Translations under genes and position numbers: made by a program
The notes under the pieces: model-generated
Database searches by the model: none
The model's input: only the letters and a program-made list of their open reading frames with translations
Told to the model about the DNA's origin: nothing
In this document: positions 13,706-28,700 of the stretch, in pieces
Layout of the letters: every line of letters starts with the position of its first letter
How positions within the stretch are numbered: position 1 is the first letter of the stretch
DNA from: Eledone cirrhosa
Taxonomy: Eukaryota
NCBI GenBank assembly: GCA_964016885.1
Contig: OZ024741.1
Location: 29,822,001 to 29,886,000 of the forward strand
Direction: 5' to 3'
DNA length: 64,000 nucleotides

Positions 13706-14752
13706 TACACACACACGCACATATACATATATATATGTAACTGTACTCCTTGTTGTTGTTTACTTTTCCAATACATATATATGTTTGCAATGTTGTCTTT
13801 ACTTTCTATGATGAAGTTCTGGTCGAGTGCTTTCATGGCTCATTCTTTACATTTTTTCAATTTTCTAAAAATGACCGTCGTGCTCATCAACATTACGGAA
13901 TACTGGCTGAGCTCCCTTTCACTGTCTCAATTTCTGTCCCAATAGCTGTAACAATTTCGATGTGAAATTATGAACGATTTTAGCTATCTTTTCCTCGTGG
14001 TTTCTTTAGCCCGCGCCAAGTTGGACGCAATGCAAAAGAGAGGAAGATAGTTAAAAACCCGGGTCTCAATAACCCCTTCCCCTTTGTATCGGTCTCCGTC
14101 CTTGGTCTCCGTACTGTTGATTTCCTCCGTATAAACGGAAAGACTGCAGCTGTCTTGAGAAAAGAGCCTTGTGAGATTGGCTGGCTGTTGGTGTTGTATA
14201 AACAGCTTTGTTAGACGCGTAGAATGAGTAAGGTTCCTACACCTGTACCAGATTGTTGTAAATCACCTTAATCAAGGATAAATAATATAAACAATGACAT
14301 GAGAACACTAACGGAATAAACTATTGAAAAATCCAATATATTATTGCATGACGTCGTTTATAATCCTCAAGTAAGCGCATGCATTACTTCACATTTCTTA
14401 AATCGATTACATAAACATTTTTTCAATCACTACAAATATTGAAAATTATTTGACATCGTTTCTATAAGCATCAACTCTCCTATCGCTCCCCTCTTAACCA
14501 AGTATTTCACATCCACTGCAATAATCTCAAACTGTCAGCAAATCTTAACCCAAGTGGAATGTTCGTTTTTATAAATGGAATATCATGTACTTTGTAATGT
14601 AAATGTTTGAGGTACTCCAACTTAACTAACAAACATTTGACCCGTAAATGAACAGATTGTTATGTAATATATTATAATATATTAGGTTACCAATAATTGT
14701 GGTACATCTAGCATATGAATACAGTCAGTACTCAGGCATGACAAGACGCCGT

Positions 14753-15160
14753 CTTCTTCTTCTTCTTCTTCTTCTTCTTCTTCTTCTTCTTCTTCTTCTT
14801 CTTCTTCTTCTTCTTCTTCTTCTTCTTCTTCTTCTTCTTCTTCTTCTTCTTCTTCTTCTTCTTCTTCTTCTTCGCCGCCCACTCATTCCTGAGAGATCCG
14901 TCGGAGCAGAGTCCATAAACACTTCTTCCAATGGAACCTGTCAGAAGCAACCGTCTACAACATATCCGCCTGGATCTCCGAGCGAGACCAGCCAGGCTCG
15001 TGGATGATATCCAATCATCTTCCTGGGGTGTGGGGGGTCTACCCTTGGGTCTCTTGCCGGGTGGTTTTGCCCGTAAATTCTTTCCAGCAATTATTTCCTG
15101 AGACATTCTAAGCACATACCCATAGTATTGCAAAGACATGATTTTTTAGTCAATTCCCTT
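14753..15160 (-). mobile_element. RTE-clade LINE 3' fragment with expanded (GAA)n tail
   Basis: LQYYGYVLRM...GKRPKGRP is the typical RTE C-terminus. (CTT)n at 14753-14872 reads as a (GAA)n tail. Confidence 0.75.
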
Positions 15161-15504
15161 CAGGTTGCCACTGATGGACTGGGAGTGCTCCTGAGTGTAA
15201 TAGCTACACTTTCAGATTTAGGTTGGTCGTTTGGCCATCTTTAATAGAGGTAGGTGTAATCCCCATTCCCAAACTAACGCTTTATCACTTACACACGCTT
15301 GGGTCAGTCGTGTCTTTTCGTTCGCCCACACGCTCTCGAACTTAAGTTCAGTTATCGTTGTGGTCTTTTCCTCAAGCATTAAACTAATATAGACATTCCT
15401 TGGACTGTAGCGTCTCCACGTGGTGTCTATTCATTTATTTTTACACACACACTCAGATATCTGTCTCTCTTTCTTTCTCTCTCCGTCTCTCTCTCCCTAC
15501 TCTC

Positions 15505-15588
<84 letters not shown>

Positions 15589-15832
15589 TAGATATGTTTC
15601 TTTATTAGCCACAGGGGCACAAAAGAAGGGGACAATACAAAGGGGGAAGTTTACATACAATAAAAACGTGTAAAATGTTATCACAAATGCAATTTAAAAA
15701 GTTAGTCGATTTTACCCAATAGAGGGAGACAGTTTATATGGGTAACACATACCCCCGAAAAAATGTGCAACCCTCATCTCCAGGAGTACGAAGAGTTTGT
15801 ACTCCTTTCCTCTCCTCCTCCTTTTCCTCAAC

Positions 15833-18800
15833 CTACAGGCTGATATAGAGAGAAGGCCCATTCACTCGGGCCATTCTCGCCACTTTCACCCACCTTTCAT
15901 AAAACTTGCTGGGGTACAGCCCCTCTCTCTCCATCTTGATTCTTCTTCCAAAGTGGTATTTGAAAAAAAGAATCAGTTGTTGGCCGGAGAGAAAAGTGTC
16001 TGACCTCAGCCCTTTCAACCTTGTCCACCATACAACCTCTTTCGCCATAGCTATCACACAAAGGAAAACCGCCTCTCCTTCGTTTTTGAAGGAGGGTGGC
16101 GGTTTGATCATGACAATGGACTCGGTGATCAACCGGATTGGTCCCACCCGCGAAAATAGTCGTTCTACATAGCCCCAAATGTCAGTGACGCCCGGGCAGT
16201 GTATGAATGCGAGCGCGACGGCTTCTTCGTCTCGCACGCAGCTCGGACAGATCTATTTTGCAGGGTCCCTGCCCGGGCCCCCATGTCTGTAGAGCTTGTC
16301 TCGAACTGGTAGAGCTCCTCGGTAGCACTGCCAGGCCAGGGACTTTTGGAAGTTGTCCATCTTTCCCGGGCGGAAGGTCCTACCGAACAGACTGGACAGT
16401 TCGTCTTCCTCTACGCTTAGAGTTTCACTGAGCGCGCCGTCGCACTTGCTGCGGATCAATCCTCTATAGAATGACGAAGTGGAGTCTCCACTGATCGCCG
16501 GGTCCGCCTGCCAGAGGGCTGTGAGCGCCTGAGCACATTCAATGTGCCAGTCGCCCATTTTCCTCGGTCTTTGCTTGACCCAGGACTGCAGTTCGGTCAG
16601 CGAGACGAGTCGTGGGAAGGCTCGCCTCACGAACGGGGCCCACACCGGTTGTCCGGTGAGGAATACGTAAAAAAGCCGCAGCCTGAGCACGTGTTTGCGC
16701 ATCGTCAACCACGGCATCCCCAGCCCTCCGTTAGAAGGGTGTTGGCAGCAGATGGATCTTCTCACCAAAGGAGCCCGCCTCTTGCAAAGGAATTGGAAGA
16801 GCGCGCGCTCCATTTTGGCGAGCGTTTTGGCTGGACAAGGCACGACAGTCAAGCGGTAGTAGATAGCGGACGCTATAAAAGTGTTCGCCACCTCCGCTCG
16901 ACCTTTCAAGGATAGTTTGCACTCGGCCCACTTCTGGGTAAGTGCAAACACCTTGGCCGACACCTCGTTTCAGTTCTTCTCCACCTGGAGGTCCGGACCA
17001 AATCAGACCCCGAGCAGCTTTACTGGTCCTTCCGTCCAGCGTCCGACGACGCCATCGGAAGGCATCGTTCTGCCTCTCCACGATCCGAGTTGCAAACCGA
17101 TGGACTTGTCCCGGTTAAGCTTCGCTCCTGTGAAACTTTCGTATTCCTTCAGTAAGGTGCCGACTTCCTCGATTTGCGAGGCGCTCGACACCATTACTGT
17201 CACGTCGTCGGCGTAGGCCGACGTCGCTTTCCGCAGTCCCGGTTCCAGAGGGATGCCCTGCAATAGCTCCAACCTCCGCAGTAGTGGCTCGAGAGTCAGT
17301 ACGTACAGAAGGGAGGAGAGAGGGCATCCCTGTCGAATGGATCACGTAATATGGAACGGCTCCGAGAAGTAGCCGTTCACCTTGACCCTTGAGCAGATGT
17401 TGCTGTTGTGCATTGCAGCAATCCAGTCCCTGAACACGGATCTGAATCCTGCCGCCTCGAGCACCGCATCCAGGTAACGATGGTCAACCCTATCGAAAGC
17501 CTTAGACTGATCCAAGTTGATCAGGGCCCCACCGAAGCCGGGTTTACATCCTACCCTCTCTATGATGTATCGCATGAGGTGGAAGTTGTCGTGTATGGAC
17601 CTGGTCGGGATTGCGCATGTCTGCGCTTCTCCCACCAGGTTCTCGACGACAAGCGCTAGCCTCTTTGCCAACACCTTGGCCAAAATTTGTAACTCTGTGT
17701 TTAGCAGAGTTATGGGCCGGAATTTGCCTATGTCATCCCCCTTATTCTCGTCCTTCCTGATTAGTGTGACCACGCCCCCGGTTACAGAACTGGGAATTCT
17801 CCCGTTCTGTTGCCAGTTGTAGCACACCGCTTCCAGGAGACCGGAGAATAAGTCAGGCATTGCTACGTAAAGTTCGTAGGGTAGACCGTCGAGACCTGGA
17901 GATTTGCGTTTGCCTCATTGGCTCAGAGCGTCCCCTATCTCAGCGGCTGAAAACGGCTTTTCGCAGAACTTTGCCTCGCTGTCCGAAAGTCGCGGTAGGC
18001 CGTCGAGGCATGGACCGAAATCCATAGCCTCTCCCGACACGCCGCCCCTCCCGAACAGTTGAGCAAAGTGCCGCTGAAAGGCCGCACACATCTGCTTCGG
18101 CTCACATATCACGCGTTCGATTTGGTCCTTCAAAGACCGAATCGTGGACTTTTTGCAACTTATTGCCTCCGTCACTCGGGCCCAGCTAACAGCTTTGGCT
18201 CCCTCGTTTCCCAGAGCACGTATTTTGCTTCTGACAACGCAGCCCTCATGCTTTGCGTCGAAGAACTGGTCCAAGGCCGTTCTCGTTGCTAGCACGCTGG
18301 CTACGTTGCCACTACTAATTGCCTCTTCTACTTTATCTACCAGTTCCTTCTCGGTTCTATTTCTATCTAACGCTAATTCTTTACTAAAAACTATCGAGTC
18401 TAATCTAACTGCCCTCTTGAGAGAGTACCACCATCTGTTGTTGACAATGGCCCCTGTCAAGTGCTGTTTAACTAAGGTGCTAATCCGTCTTCTGTAGACT
18501 TTGCTTGTCGGTAACAATAAGTTCAGCTTCCTGTAGCCGGGTCCTTGTCTATGGGTTTTATCAAGGTTGGCCATGCAGGTCACTAGTTTGTGATCTGATT
18601 AGGCAACCATGAACATTTGTGGACAGCTTAACATTTCCCTATCCTTATTTCTAACTAGAACCCTATCTAGGTACGATCTAGATGTTCCGCTACGATTAGT
18701 CCACGTCCACAGTGGCGCAGTCGGAAAATCTAGTCGATATCTATCGGCCAGGTCAAATCGGTCGATTAACTGTTTGAGGCTGTTACACCCCCCTTTATCG

Positions 18801-19270
18801 GGACATGCTCCCACATAGTCCCAACGTGCATCTAGGATTCCATTCCAGTCCTCCACTAAAAGCAAGGAGCGGGACGTTCCCAGAAAAGTCTCTAGACGTT
18901 TGAAGAAGTCTGGCCGCGGTGTCCCGGATGGGGCATATGCGGCCACCAGCCTGAAGGCTCCACCTTCACTACCGTCAACGTCTAGGACCACCAGTCGACC
19001 CTCCGGGTCCAGATGTACCGTCTGTGTTACGAGGCCTAGGTGTTTCCGCAGCAAAACGGCAACTCTGCCCCCACCCCCCGGTTGACAGAGAGATGCGTAG
19101 ATCTCAAGGTCATCGAAGATGGGGGCCAGCTGTCGCTCGCTGTGGATCCTGGACTCGCAAATGGCTACCACCTCCATACTGTGCGACCTGAGGTCGTTTA
19201 AGAGTTTGCCCTGTTTCCAGGGCATCCCCAGGCCGCGTACGTTCACACATTCAACTCTTATATTGGCCAT
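15833..19270 (-). pseudogene. Tx1 ORF2 (APE + RT), multiple stops and frameshifts
   Basis: CVNVRGL, AICESR, SYLDRVL, LDQSKAFDRVDH and AYADDV, colinear with copy 1. Confidence 0.92.
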
Positions 19271-19307
19271 GCTGGTGCTGAAAAGTTAAAAGAGGAAAAG
19301 AGATCAC

Positions 19308-21233
19308 TCACCCTTCGTCTCCTGGGGACCAGGCTGCACGATTTCCATGGGGGTGTTGGAGGGGTTGTCTGGATGGGTGGTGGTTTCCGGCGGGGTGGGA
19401 ATGGAGATGTTTGGTGGGGTGGGGATCGGGTGGGATGGGGGTGTCTGGGGTGGGGAGACATTTGAGAACGACGCGATTAAGGTGTTTCACGCAGGAATTC
19501 CCCACATCCTTCTCAAATGTTTCTTTTAGGGACCTATAAGTTTGTATAGGGACCCTAATCAGTTTTAGGATCAGTTTTCTGTTAATTTTAATAGAGTGGG
19601 CGAAAGTTTTCCCTTCGGTTTTCACCGAAGGGTCATTCGTGATCGTCTCCATTAGTGTTTTGTTTTCAGTGTTTATGTAAGTGTAAGTGTAATTTTCTTG
19701 TGTTGTGTTTGTTTTTGTCTGTAGTTCTTGTGTGTGCTTTCGTTTTGTTGTAGGTATTTTGTTTTCAGGAGGTGGGGGTTTTGTGTGTGATGTTTTTGTT
19801 GTTTGTGTTGGTGGTTGTATGTTTGTGGTAGTGTTTGCTGGTTTTTTGCTTTTGTGATGTCTTTTCTTTCTTTTCGAGCGATGGGGTTCTCCCTCGTCTT
19901 CACTAGTTGATGGCGACATAGCCTCACCTGTTGTATCGTCTGTGTGATTGGGGAGGGGTATGTCTTGGGGAGCTGTTGTGTCTGTATGTGATTTTGCAGT
20001 GGTTTTAGATGGAGTGGGGTTGGGTGGGACTATGTTTGTTGTGGTTATTTTTGTGTGTTGGTGTTGCTGTTGTTGTGGTGGTGTTGGTGGTTGTGTTGTT
20101 TTGATGGGTGTCGGCAGAAGAGCCTTTTTTTGATTCATTAATTTAGGACAGGAAGCCCTCAGGTGACCCTTGCTAAAGTAATGGTAACATGAAGGCCGCC
20201 TACCCTCAACCGAAAAGTTTATGTAGGTGAGTCCGTCCAGGAGTACACGTTGTGGGATCATAGCTATTCGCTCTGGGGTCATTTTCACCAGAACTTCAAT
20301 GCTAGTCCCATTGAATACATCTCTGGGGGACTTTCCTACTGACAGTATTCTGTCTTCATCAAAATTGATGAAGCCGCACAGTATCCACCATATTTTCACC
20401 TTTGGTGTGACACTCGTGATTTTGATCTTTTGTGTCCTTTTTCCCATGTATGTAGGGAAAAAAGTATACAGGTTGGATAGAATTGGCGATACAGAGTAAT
20501 TTTGGGCCGTCAATTGATCCTTCGTGAGTACCTAAATACTCCCAAAAAGTTTGCTTCTTTGAATGAATGCAATATCATTCATTGAATTTTTGAAAACCAG
20601 TTCAATTTCTTTCTGTGACAATTGGACTGGTTTTCGGGAAGAATTGGAAACTGTCCTAAAAACTATCGTTTTGAGAGCAGTTTCCTTGCGAATTTCTACC
20701 GGAGAATTGATGCCCAAAGCACCATTTTTTTCGAAAGTGACATATCTCCTAGCGTCCTTTAAAAGTTGTTCGGCATTTGTTATGTTGAGATATATCAGTT
20801 CCTCCTTTTTTTGAACTGTCTGAGCAAAGGAGATTTTTGGTTTCTTTGTGTAATTAACCGTGTTGGTGGCGTTGTCATTATTGTTGTTATTGTTGTTGTT
20901 ATTCTTGTTGTCACCGATGTTGATATTATTCGTATTTTCCTTGGTGTTGGTGTTGGTGTTGGTGTTGTTGTTGTCTTTGATGCTGGTGTTATTGGTGTTG
21001 TCTTTATTTTTTTCTTTGTTGTTGTTATCATTGTTGTTTTTATCATCATTATTGGTGTTGCTGTTATTTTTGTTGTCATTGAACTGTTTGGTGTCATTTG
21101 TGTTGTTTGGATATGAATTTGTTTTTACATTTTCATTTCGTCTTTCCATCAAAGGGAAGAATGACGATGTTGACTGCGAGCTTTGTAGTCTTACCGACTC
21201 TCCACCACCATTATCGTTGGACGCAGCGTTCAT
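19308..21233 (-). pseudogene. Tx1 ORF1 (gag-like), broken near 20520
   Basis: Asn-rich N-terminus, SFAQTV motif, degenerate zinc knuckle EGRRPSCYHYFSKGHLRASCP, and Pro/Thr-rich tail. Confidence 0.8.
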
Positions 21234-21520
21234 AACGTAATCAAACTTTTACAATATTTTTTAAAAAATTCGATGGAGAAAAAGTGTTTCAAACGAATAT
21301 TTCGCCCCTATAGGGGCGAAAATGGGTTGACCCACCACCTGAGGGTCAAGACGGGGGGGGGGGGGGGGCAAGTTACACGATATACAATTTAACTGAAAAC
21401 TCACGTTTTTTTTCGTACATAAATTAACGGAAACTTCTCCGCGAAGTTACACACGTCTGATAGAGAGATAGATAGAGAAATATACACGGGTGTGTATGAT
21501 TGTGTATAGAAGATTATATT

Positions 21521-21878
21521 AATAAAAGGAATTCCAATTTTGTCTGATTTACTCGTTTTATTTACTATCCTTTAAACTGTATAATGGTATTAGAATGAAA
21601 TAGTATGGTAGAATATTAAATGTTAATTGAACAAGTACTTTCATGCTTTCGCAATCTTCAGGTCCATAGTGTGTGGTGACAGCCAAGTTTGCAATTTTCA
21701 ACAGCTGAAAATTGCAAACTTGACTGTCACCACATATTATGAACCTGAAGATTGCGAAAGCATGAAAGTACTTGTTCAATTAACATTTAATATTCTACCA
21801 TACTATTTCATTCTAATACCATTATACATTTTAAAGGATTGTAAATAAAACGAGTAAATCAGACAAAGTTAGAATTCC

Positions 21879-21883
<5 letters not shown>
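21521..21883. mobile_element. Near-perfect ~360-bp palindrome with an HHR in each arm
   Basis: Centre is near 21701. The + HHR at 21740-21778 reads ugaac-CUGAAGA-uugc GAAA gcau-GAAAG-ua-CUU-guuca. The mirror is at ~21627-21665. Confidence 0.88.
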
Positions 21884-21944
<61 letters not shown>

Positions 21945-22009
21945 GCATATGTATCTGTATATCTCTTGGGTGAAAAGGAGGTCATATAACTGTTCATTCA
22001 TTAATAAAT

Positions 22010-22056
22010 TGCTCCGAAGAATCCAAACCTCGGTTTGGAAGAAACAGTTGTAAGCA
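22010..22056 (+). ncRNA. Hammerhead-like motif with U4C core change
   Basis: ugcu-CCGAAGA-auccaaac cucg guuuggaa-GAAAC-aguu-GUA-agca. Confidence 0.65.
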
Positions 22057-22735
22057 CAATAATGTTTTGAACAGTTACTTCATTCTTATATTTCATATAT
22101 ATATATATTTACACATATATTTTTTCCTCCGTTGCTACCCGTCTGTTTCGTTCTTTGTATCTTTACCTTTTCTAGCAGTTTCTCTCTCGCTGTTAGCCTC
22201 TTCCTCACCTTTCACTCACTCATTCTCTGTCACTACCTCTCCTCCTCCCCTTTCTTCCCGTTTGACCTGTCTGTAATCCTTTTCTCGCGCGCACTTGACC
22301 AAGCCCGTATGAATTTTTTTCCTCTCTCTCTCTCGTCTGCGACTTCACGACTTATGTTTACCGAATTCGCAGACCAGACCCCTTCTTCCTCCCGTTAGAC
22401 CTGTGCGAAATTCCTTCCTTGCTCACATTTCAACCAGGTTTGATGGTCTTTATTCTCTCGTTCACGATTCCACCGAATTTATATTCATAGAAATCTGGGA
22501 CTTGTTTCTTTCTTCTTCATCACTTTCTGTTGCTTAAACCATTTTGTTTGTTTACCCTAGCGTCCCCTTTATTTACGTGTCCCAACGACTTTTTTTAGCC
22601 GTTGCTCGCACCAACCTGAGGTATATGGCCTTTAAAGCGACGAAATGCCTACGACGGTTGGAAGGCCACTGATGAAGGACAAACCTTTTCATATGTAACC
22701 CATTTACGACGCCGCAGCTCCATTATTATCATATT

Positions 22736-22792
<57 letters not shown>

Positions 22793-22821
22793 ACATATAT
22801 ATATACATATATATATATATA

Positions 22822-22966
<145 letters not shown>

Positions 22967-23729
22967 TGGCTGCCAACTCGTTTTCGAGTACGGCCACTAC
23001 TTTATATCCATGTAGGAGAACCCCTACCGATGCGCTGAACGAGTGTGACTTTTTAGACCAGCCAGCGACTTGAAAACTCTGGTACAAACACTACACTTGT
23101 GACAATTATTGACACATAGTGCTGGGCCCATGGTGCCATGTGACGACAAGTGCAGAGAGATCTCCAGATATAAAGCCATGCCTGTGCCGTGAAGCTTTTA
23201 TAGTGAGCAAAGGCACTGCACAATGCCAGTCCCACTCTCTTAACCAAGATGATATTTACCAAAAAGAAGAACAAGTCAACATCATTGGATACCATCAGGG
23301 TTGCAGGTGTTATACAGAGTTTTCCTTCTCCTAGAAATCTGCCTAGACAAAGGCTAAGGGGTCATCTCTCCCGGTGATTTTGGATGGTCATTGACTCTAA
23401 AGAGCTGCTTTGCCCTTTGACATGTTTTGTTTTTAGTCCTGAAGAATGTCCAAAGTCACCCTCCCCACCAAGAAAAGTTGGTGGGGTTGCCAGTTTAGTC
23501 GCCAACGACCATGAGACAGGTTGTACTGGGATACATGTTACCAGTAGCACGAACTGGTGACCTGACATATATATATATATACACACACACACGTATGTAT
23601 ATTTTATATGTATATAAGTAAAATGTATACATTTAATTCACACACACACACGCACGAACTCACACAAACAAACACACAAACACACACACACATGTATATA
23701 TGTGTGTGAGTGTATTGTGTGTGTGTGTG

Positions 23730-23916
23730 CGTAAGTGTATATGTGTGTAAGTGTATAAGTGTCCATACTTGCGGACGTGTGTGTATGTAAGTGTATATGT
23801 GTCCATATTTGCGGACGTATGTGTGTGTGTGTGTATGTAAGTGTATATGTGGCCATATTTGCGGACGTGTGTGTGTGTATCTAAGTGTATATATGTCCAT
23901 ACTTGCGGACGTGTGT
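23730..23916. repeat. Minisatellite, ~40-bp unit, about 4 copies
   Basis: Recurrent taagtgtatatgtgtccata(c/t)ttgcggacgt. Confidence 0.75.
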
Positions 23917-24102
23917 ATAACTATTTGCATGTAATAACGTACAGAGAATACATATTTAATAATTAATTTTGAAACTATAAACTATTTTCAGCCTAGAACT
24001 GAAAATAATAACCCCTAGAGAGAATAAGCCATCCCAGAATTGCTTTATTGGTGTCCTGAAATACCTTCAAATAGTAATCTTGAATATATACATATGTTTG
24101 TG

Positions 24103-24155
<53 letters not shown>

Positions 24156-24164
24156 GGTATATAT

Positions 24165-24195
<31 letters not shown>

Positions 24196-24240
24196 GTATA
24201 TATACGTATATATGTATATATATATATATGTGTATATATA

Positions 24241-24284
<44 letters not shown>

Positions 24285-24319
24285 GTGTGTATATATATAT
24301 ATATATATGTATATAGTCT

Positions 24320-25660
24320 TATACGCACGGATATACACATAACGCCCTCATACTGACACGCATACATATGTTTGTGCAAATGCACGTAAACACGTTCACA
24401 GGCATACTACATACGTATGTGCATATTTACTCAAACACACGTATACAAACACATCCATATATACGTATGTGCATGTATGTACACGCAAACACAATCATAC
24501 AGACCCCCAAATAGATATGTATGTGCATATGCACGCAAACATATTTCTATACATATACATGCAAAAACACTTATACAGACACACGTATATACATGTATGT
24601 GCATATATACACAAACACACATATACAGACCCACACATATATGTGCATGGACATATACACGCATATATATATATATATATATATACAAACACGTTTATAC
24701 AGATAGACGCATACATATATATGTAAATATATGCTCAAACGCACTCATACATACTGACACACAAATATATATATATGTGCATATACACAGATATATATAT
24801 GTATGTGCATATACACACAAACACGCCCATACATATACAAGCATACATATGTTTGTGCATATACATGCAAACACATTTATGCATACATACCCATATATAT
24901 GTATGTCCATATATACTCAGACACACTCATACAGACACACGTATACATATGTTTGTGCATATACATGCAAAAAAACTTATACAGACATACGCATAGATAT
25001 GTATGTCCATATATACTCCAACTCACTCAAACAGACACATACATAGATATGTATGTGCATAACTACTCCAACTCACTCAAACAGACACATACATAGATAT
25101 GTATGTCCATATATACTCCAACTCACTCAAACAGACACATACATAGATACGTGTGACCATGAATCCTGAGCACCTCTTTGATCTCCATGTGTCTACCACA
25201 CGTGGATATGCCTACAAAGTCAGAAAACAGCACAGCTCCCATGACTTTCGTAAACATTTGTTCACGCTCAGAGTTGCTGAAGCATGGAACAAACTGCCTG
25301 CATCAGTTGTTAGCTGCCGAGACACTGCATCCTTTAAGACACTCGTGCTTCCCGAAATATGCCAAAACTACACGTGATGTACCCCTTCCATACACATGCA
25401 CACATGTGTATATCATGACTCATGCACTGTTCATTTTCCTGACGTTTGTACGTTACCCTATGTACTACACAAACACTTTTTGATGAGTTGTAGTGCACCT
25501 CAGCACTGTACACAAAATTTCATTATTATTATTATTATTATTATATATAGTCAAACGCACTCAATCAGAAACACGCATATATATGTATGTCCGTATATAC
25601 GCAAACACACTCATAGAGATACATGGATAGATATTTATACGCATGTTTACTCATATATAT
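24320..25660. repeat. Degenerate ~42-bp CA/TA-derived minisatellite, interrupted by a CR1 fragment
   Basis: Recurrent atatgtatgtgcatatacacgcaaacac..catacagac, with three near-identical units at 24995-25150. Confidence 0.7.
25153..25543 (+). mobile_element. CR1 LINE 3' fragment with (ATT)n tail
   Basis: TRGYAYKV...RKHLFTLRVAEAWNKLP...SFK is the CR1 ORF2 C-terminus. Tail at 25522-25543. Confidence 0.85.
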
Positions 25661-25936
25661 GTAAATGAGTTAAAACATATCTTATTTGGGAACAGTAGAA
25701 AATACATTTGAACACCTAAATATAGGCTACAGCTCTGTAGGACGGAAACGAAAGACATATATGTTGGGGATATTACCAAAGTACCCACTAAACAATGGAA
25801 CAAAGCTGGCAAGGTGAAGCCCTAATACGGTTGCAAAAATATATACAAAGAACCTAATGGACAAATCGACATTTCCATAAAATAGATGCCGTTTCTGATG
25901 CTATATCTTCCTGGTATACTTTTGTACCTACTAATG

Positions 25937-25993
<57 letters not shown>

Positions 25994-25994
25994 A

Positions 25995-26037
<43 letters not shown>

Positions 26038-26114
26038 ACATATATACATATTTATAAAGTAATAAATGTATGTATATATAAATACACATATTCTGTATAT
26101 ATACATATACATAT

Positions 26115-26172
<58 letters not shown>

Positions 26173-26216
26173 ATAAGAGAGAAAGAGAGAATCGAATTAG
26201 GAATTATATACATATA

Positions 26217-26262
<46 letters not shown>

Positions 26263-26318
26263 CACATATACATATATATTATACATGTGTGTGTGTACAT
26301 AAATACATAAATAAAGTA

Positions 26319-26354
<36 letters not shown>

Positions 26355-26589
26355 ATGTCTTTTCTTACCACAGCTGAGCAGTAATTACATTACAAAAGTC
26401 TGAATAGCCTTTAGAGTTATCATTTATCTTGTTCCATTTCGGGAGTTGATGGTGTTAACACTTTTATAATTTATGTTCTTGTTTGAAATGTTCTCAGATT
26501 TATTTTGAGGGAATATTAAAACATCTTTAATATCACTTTTCAACTTCGGTATATGCATGGATATATGCAAACATACATACGCATACACG

Positions 26590-26728
<139 letters not shown>

Positions 26729-26844
26729 GGGGATGGTCATGTTGCCAAAATTGCCAATAAAAAGAAAAACAGGCACCAAATGATTTTAACTTTATCTACA
26801 CACACACACACGCACGCGCACGCACACACACATATGTATATATA

Positions 26845-26936
<92 letters not shown>

Positions 26937-27348
26937 AGTATTTTGATTCTCTGAAGTGCCTACTGGCCATTATTTTTATCTATAGCTGTATTTTACCTTC
27001 TAAGCTATTAAGTCTTCCATTCCACTGTGTTCAGTTATCTCTTGCGTTCGAGATTTTCTATATGTTGAAAAAAACTTTTTCATTGGACGTTCCAGTATTT
27101 ATTTACAAATATCGTCATATTTTTAAAAAAAAGCTGGTTAATTAGCTACTATTTAGATGATAAACATGGTCCGGGATCAGTTAGCTCAATGGTAAAAAGC
27201 GTACAGCCAAATTTTGAGAGGTATAGAGTTCAAAACTCTGTAACGTTGACTAAACTTGGTTTCCATGTGAAGGAGTATTTTACCGGATTTTCTAAGCTGT
27301 TATTTATAGGAATTATCTATTTTCAGAGTTATATCCTGCATTCAACAC

Positions 27349-27412
<64 letters not shown>

Positions 27413-27531
27413 TAACACCAACTATTGTATTTTATCCGAAGAAAGCGTACTTTAATAGTAGTACACTTGAAATGCGTATGTTAAAATAAATATGGTTTTA
27501 TAATGATATTTTCCATTTATTAATATTCTTA

Positions 27532-27575
<44 letters not shown>

Positions 27576-27982
27576 ATTCGTGAGTGAATAATATTATTCA
27601 TATATTATAAACAATTGGCAGAAATTAATGGGGATTTTAAAAATGTGGAAATTTTAAAGAGTTTGTGTAAAAAGATATTGGTAAAATATTAAGTTGATGT
27701 AGCTAATGCACTCCTCCTTATCAAGGTTATTTCATCTTAACGACAGTTCCGCTATCTATCATATGACGTCACTGGAAATAAGCTTATATTACAGATATGC
27801 ATAATCTGTTTGAGTTTCAACGTATTAATATATATATATTTGTGTTTTGAACATAATCGGATATTATATATATATATATATATATAGGTAAGTTATTCCG
27901 GGTTGAATCGGAGGTAACCACAGTAAGTAAGGAACTCAATACATCTCAATACATAGCAGAGTAAAACGTTTTAATATAGGTG

Positions 27983-28033
27983 AGATTCTACAGGAATAGA
28001 ACTGTTTCATTCTTTAGAAATCATCAGGAATCT
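27983..28033 (-). ncRNA. Type I hammerhead ribozyme in a PLE-type 3' end (27887-~28400)
   Basis: agauuc-CUGAUGA-uuuc uaaa gaau-GAAACag uucuauuc cuGUA-gaaucu, with a monomer-competent stem III. Confidence 0.85.
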
Positions 28034-28404
28034 GGCTTTCAAAAATAAATGTTGCGCTATTTATGTCTTTTCATGTGGTAGGTGAGGGTGGGGTGGGATG
28101 GGTGGAGGTCACTGGTTGAAAGAAAAGAGAATTCATTAAAAGCTAATTCTTTAAGGCTATAATTTATATTTAGAGTGACAAAGGCAGAAAGAATTCTATA
28201 AACAAGTTCAAATTGGGTGGCACTCCTTATTTTTAAGTTTCTCTTGAGCTAACAATGCCTATATGTCAGGTGTCTATAAGATGGGTGGGGGTCGGTCATG
28301 GTTGATGGAATTAAAGAAAAGGGAAATTCTGTAAAAGCTAATACTTTAAAGATCTACTTAGGGTGACAAAGGCCAAGAGAATTCTATAAACCAGTTCAAA
28401 ATAT

Positions 28405-28583
28405 TTGTTTCTACTTTAGGCACAAGGCCAGCAATAACCCAGTGCATTACTGGTACTTTATTTTATCGACCCCGTAAGGATGAAAGGCGAAGTCAACCTC
28501 GGCGGGATTTGAACTCAGATCGTAAAGGGACGTAACTATGCTGGAAAGCATGGCGTCCGACTCTCTACCGATACTGTCAATCC
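28405..28583 (-). mobile_element. tRNA-derived SINE with 15-bp TSD
   Basis: B box on the minus strand. accagttcaaaatat is duplicated at 28390-28404 and 28584-28598. Confidence 0.85.
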
Positions 28584-28700
28584 ACCAGTTCAAAATATCG
28601 GTTGCCTGCCATAACATTATTGTCATGTTTCTCATAAGCTATATTCCAGGTGTCAACAGACACATTCACACACACACACATACACACGCATATATATATA

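Larger units (their letters stand above)
15595..21461 (-). mobile_element. Full-length, decayed Tx1-clade LINE, copy 2, with target-site duplication
   Basis: ORF1 + ORF2, 3' AATAAAGAAA, and agagagatagata duplicated at 15582-15594 and 21462-21474. Confidence 0.92.

Noticed and set aside
14699-15007. Poly-Leu/Glu/Arg/Lys ORFs
   Set aside because: They are readings of the (CTT)n RTE tail.
21521-21883. MITE interpretation of the palindromes
   Set aside because: Most have asymmetric arms, HHRs or GIY-YIG remnants and share no terminal sequence, so PLE-type inversion explains them better.
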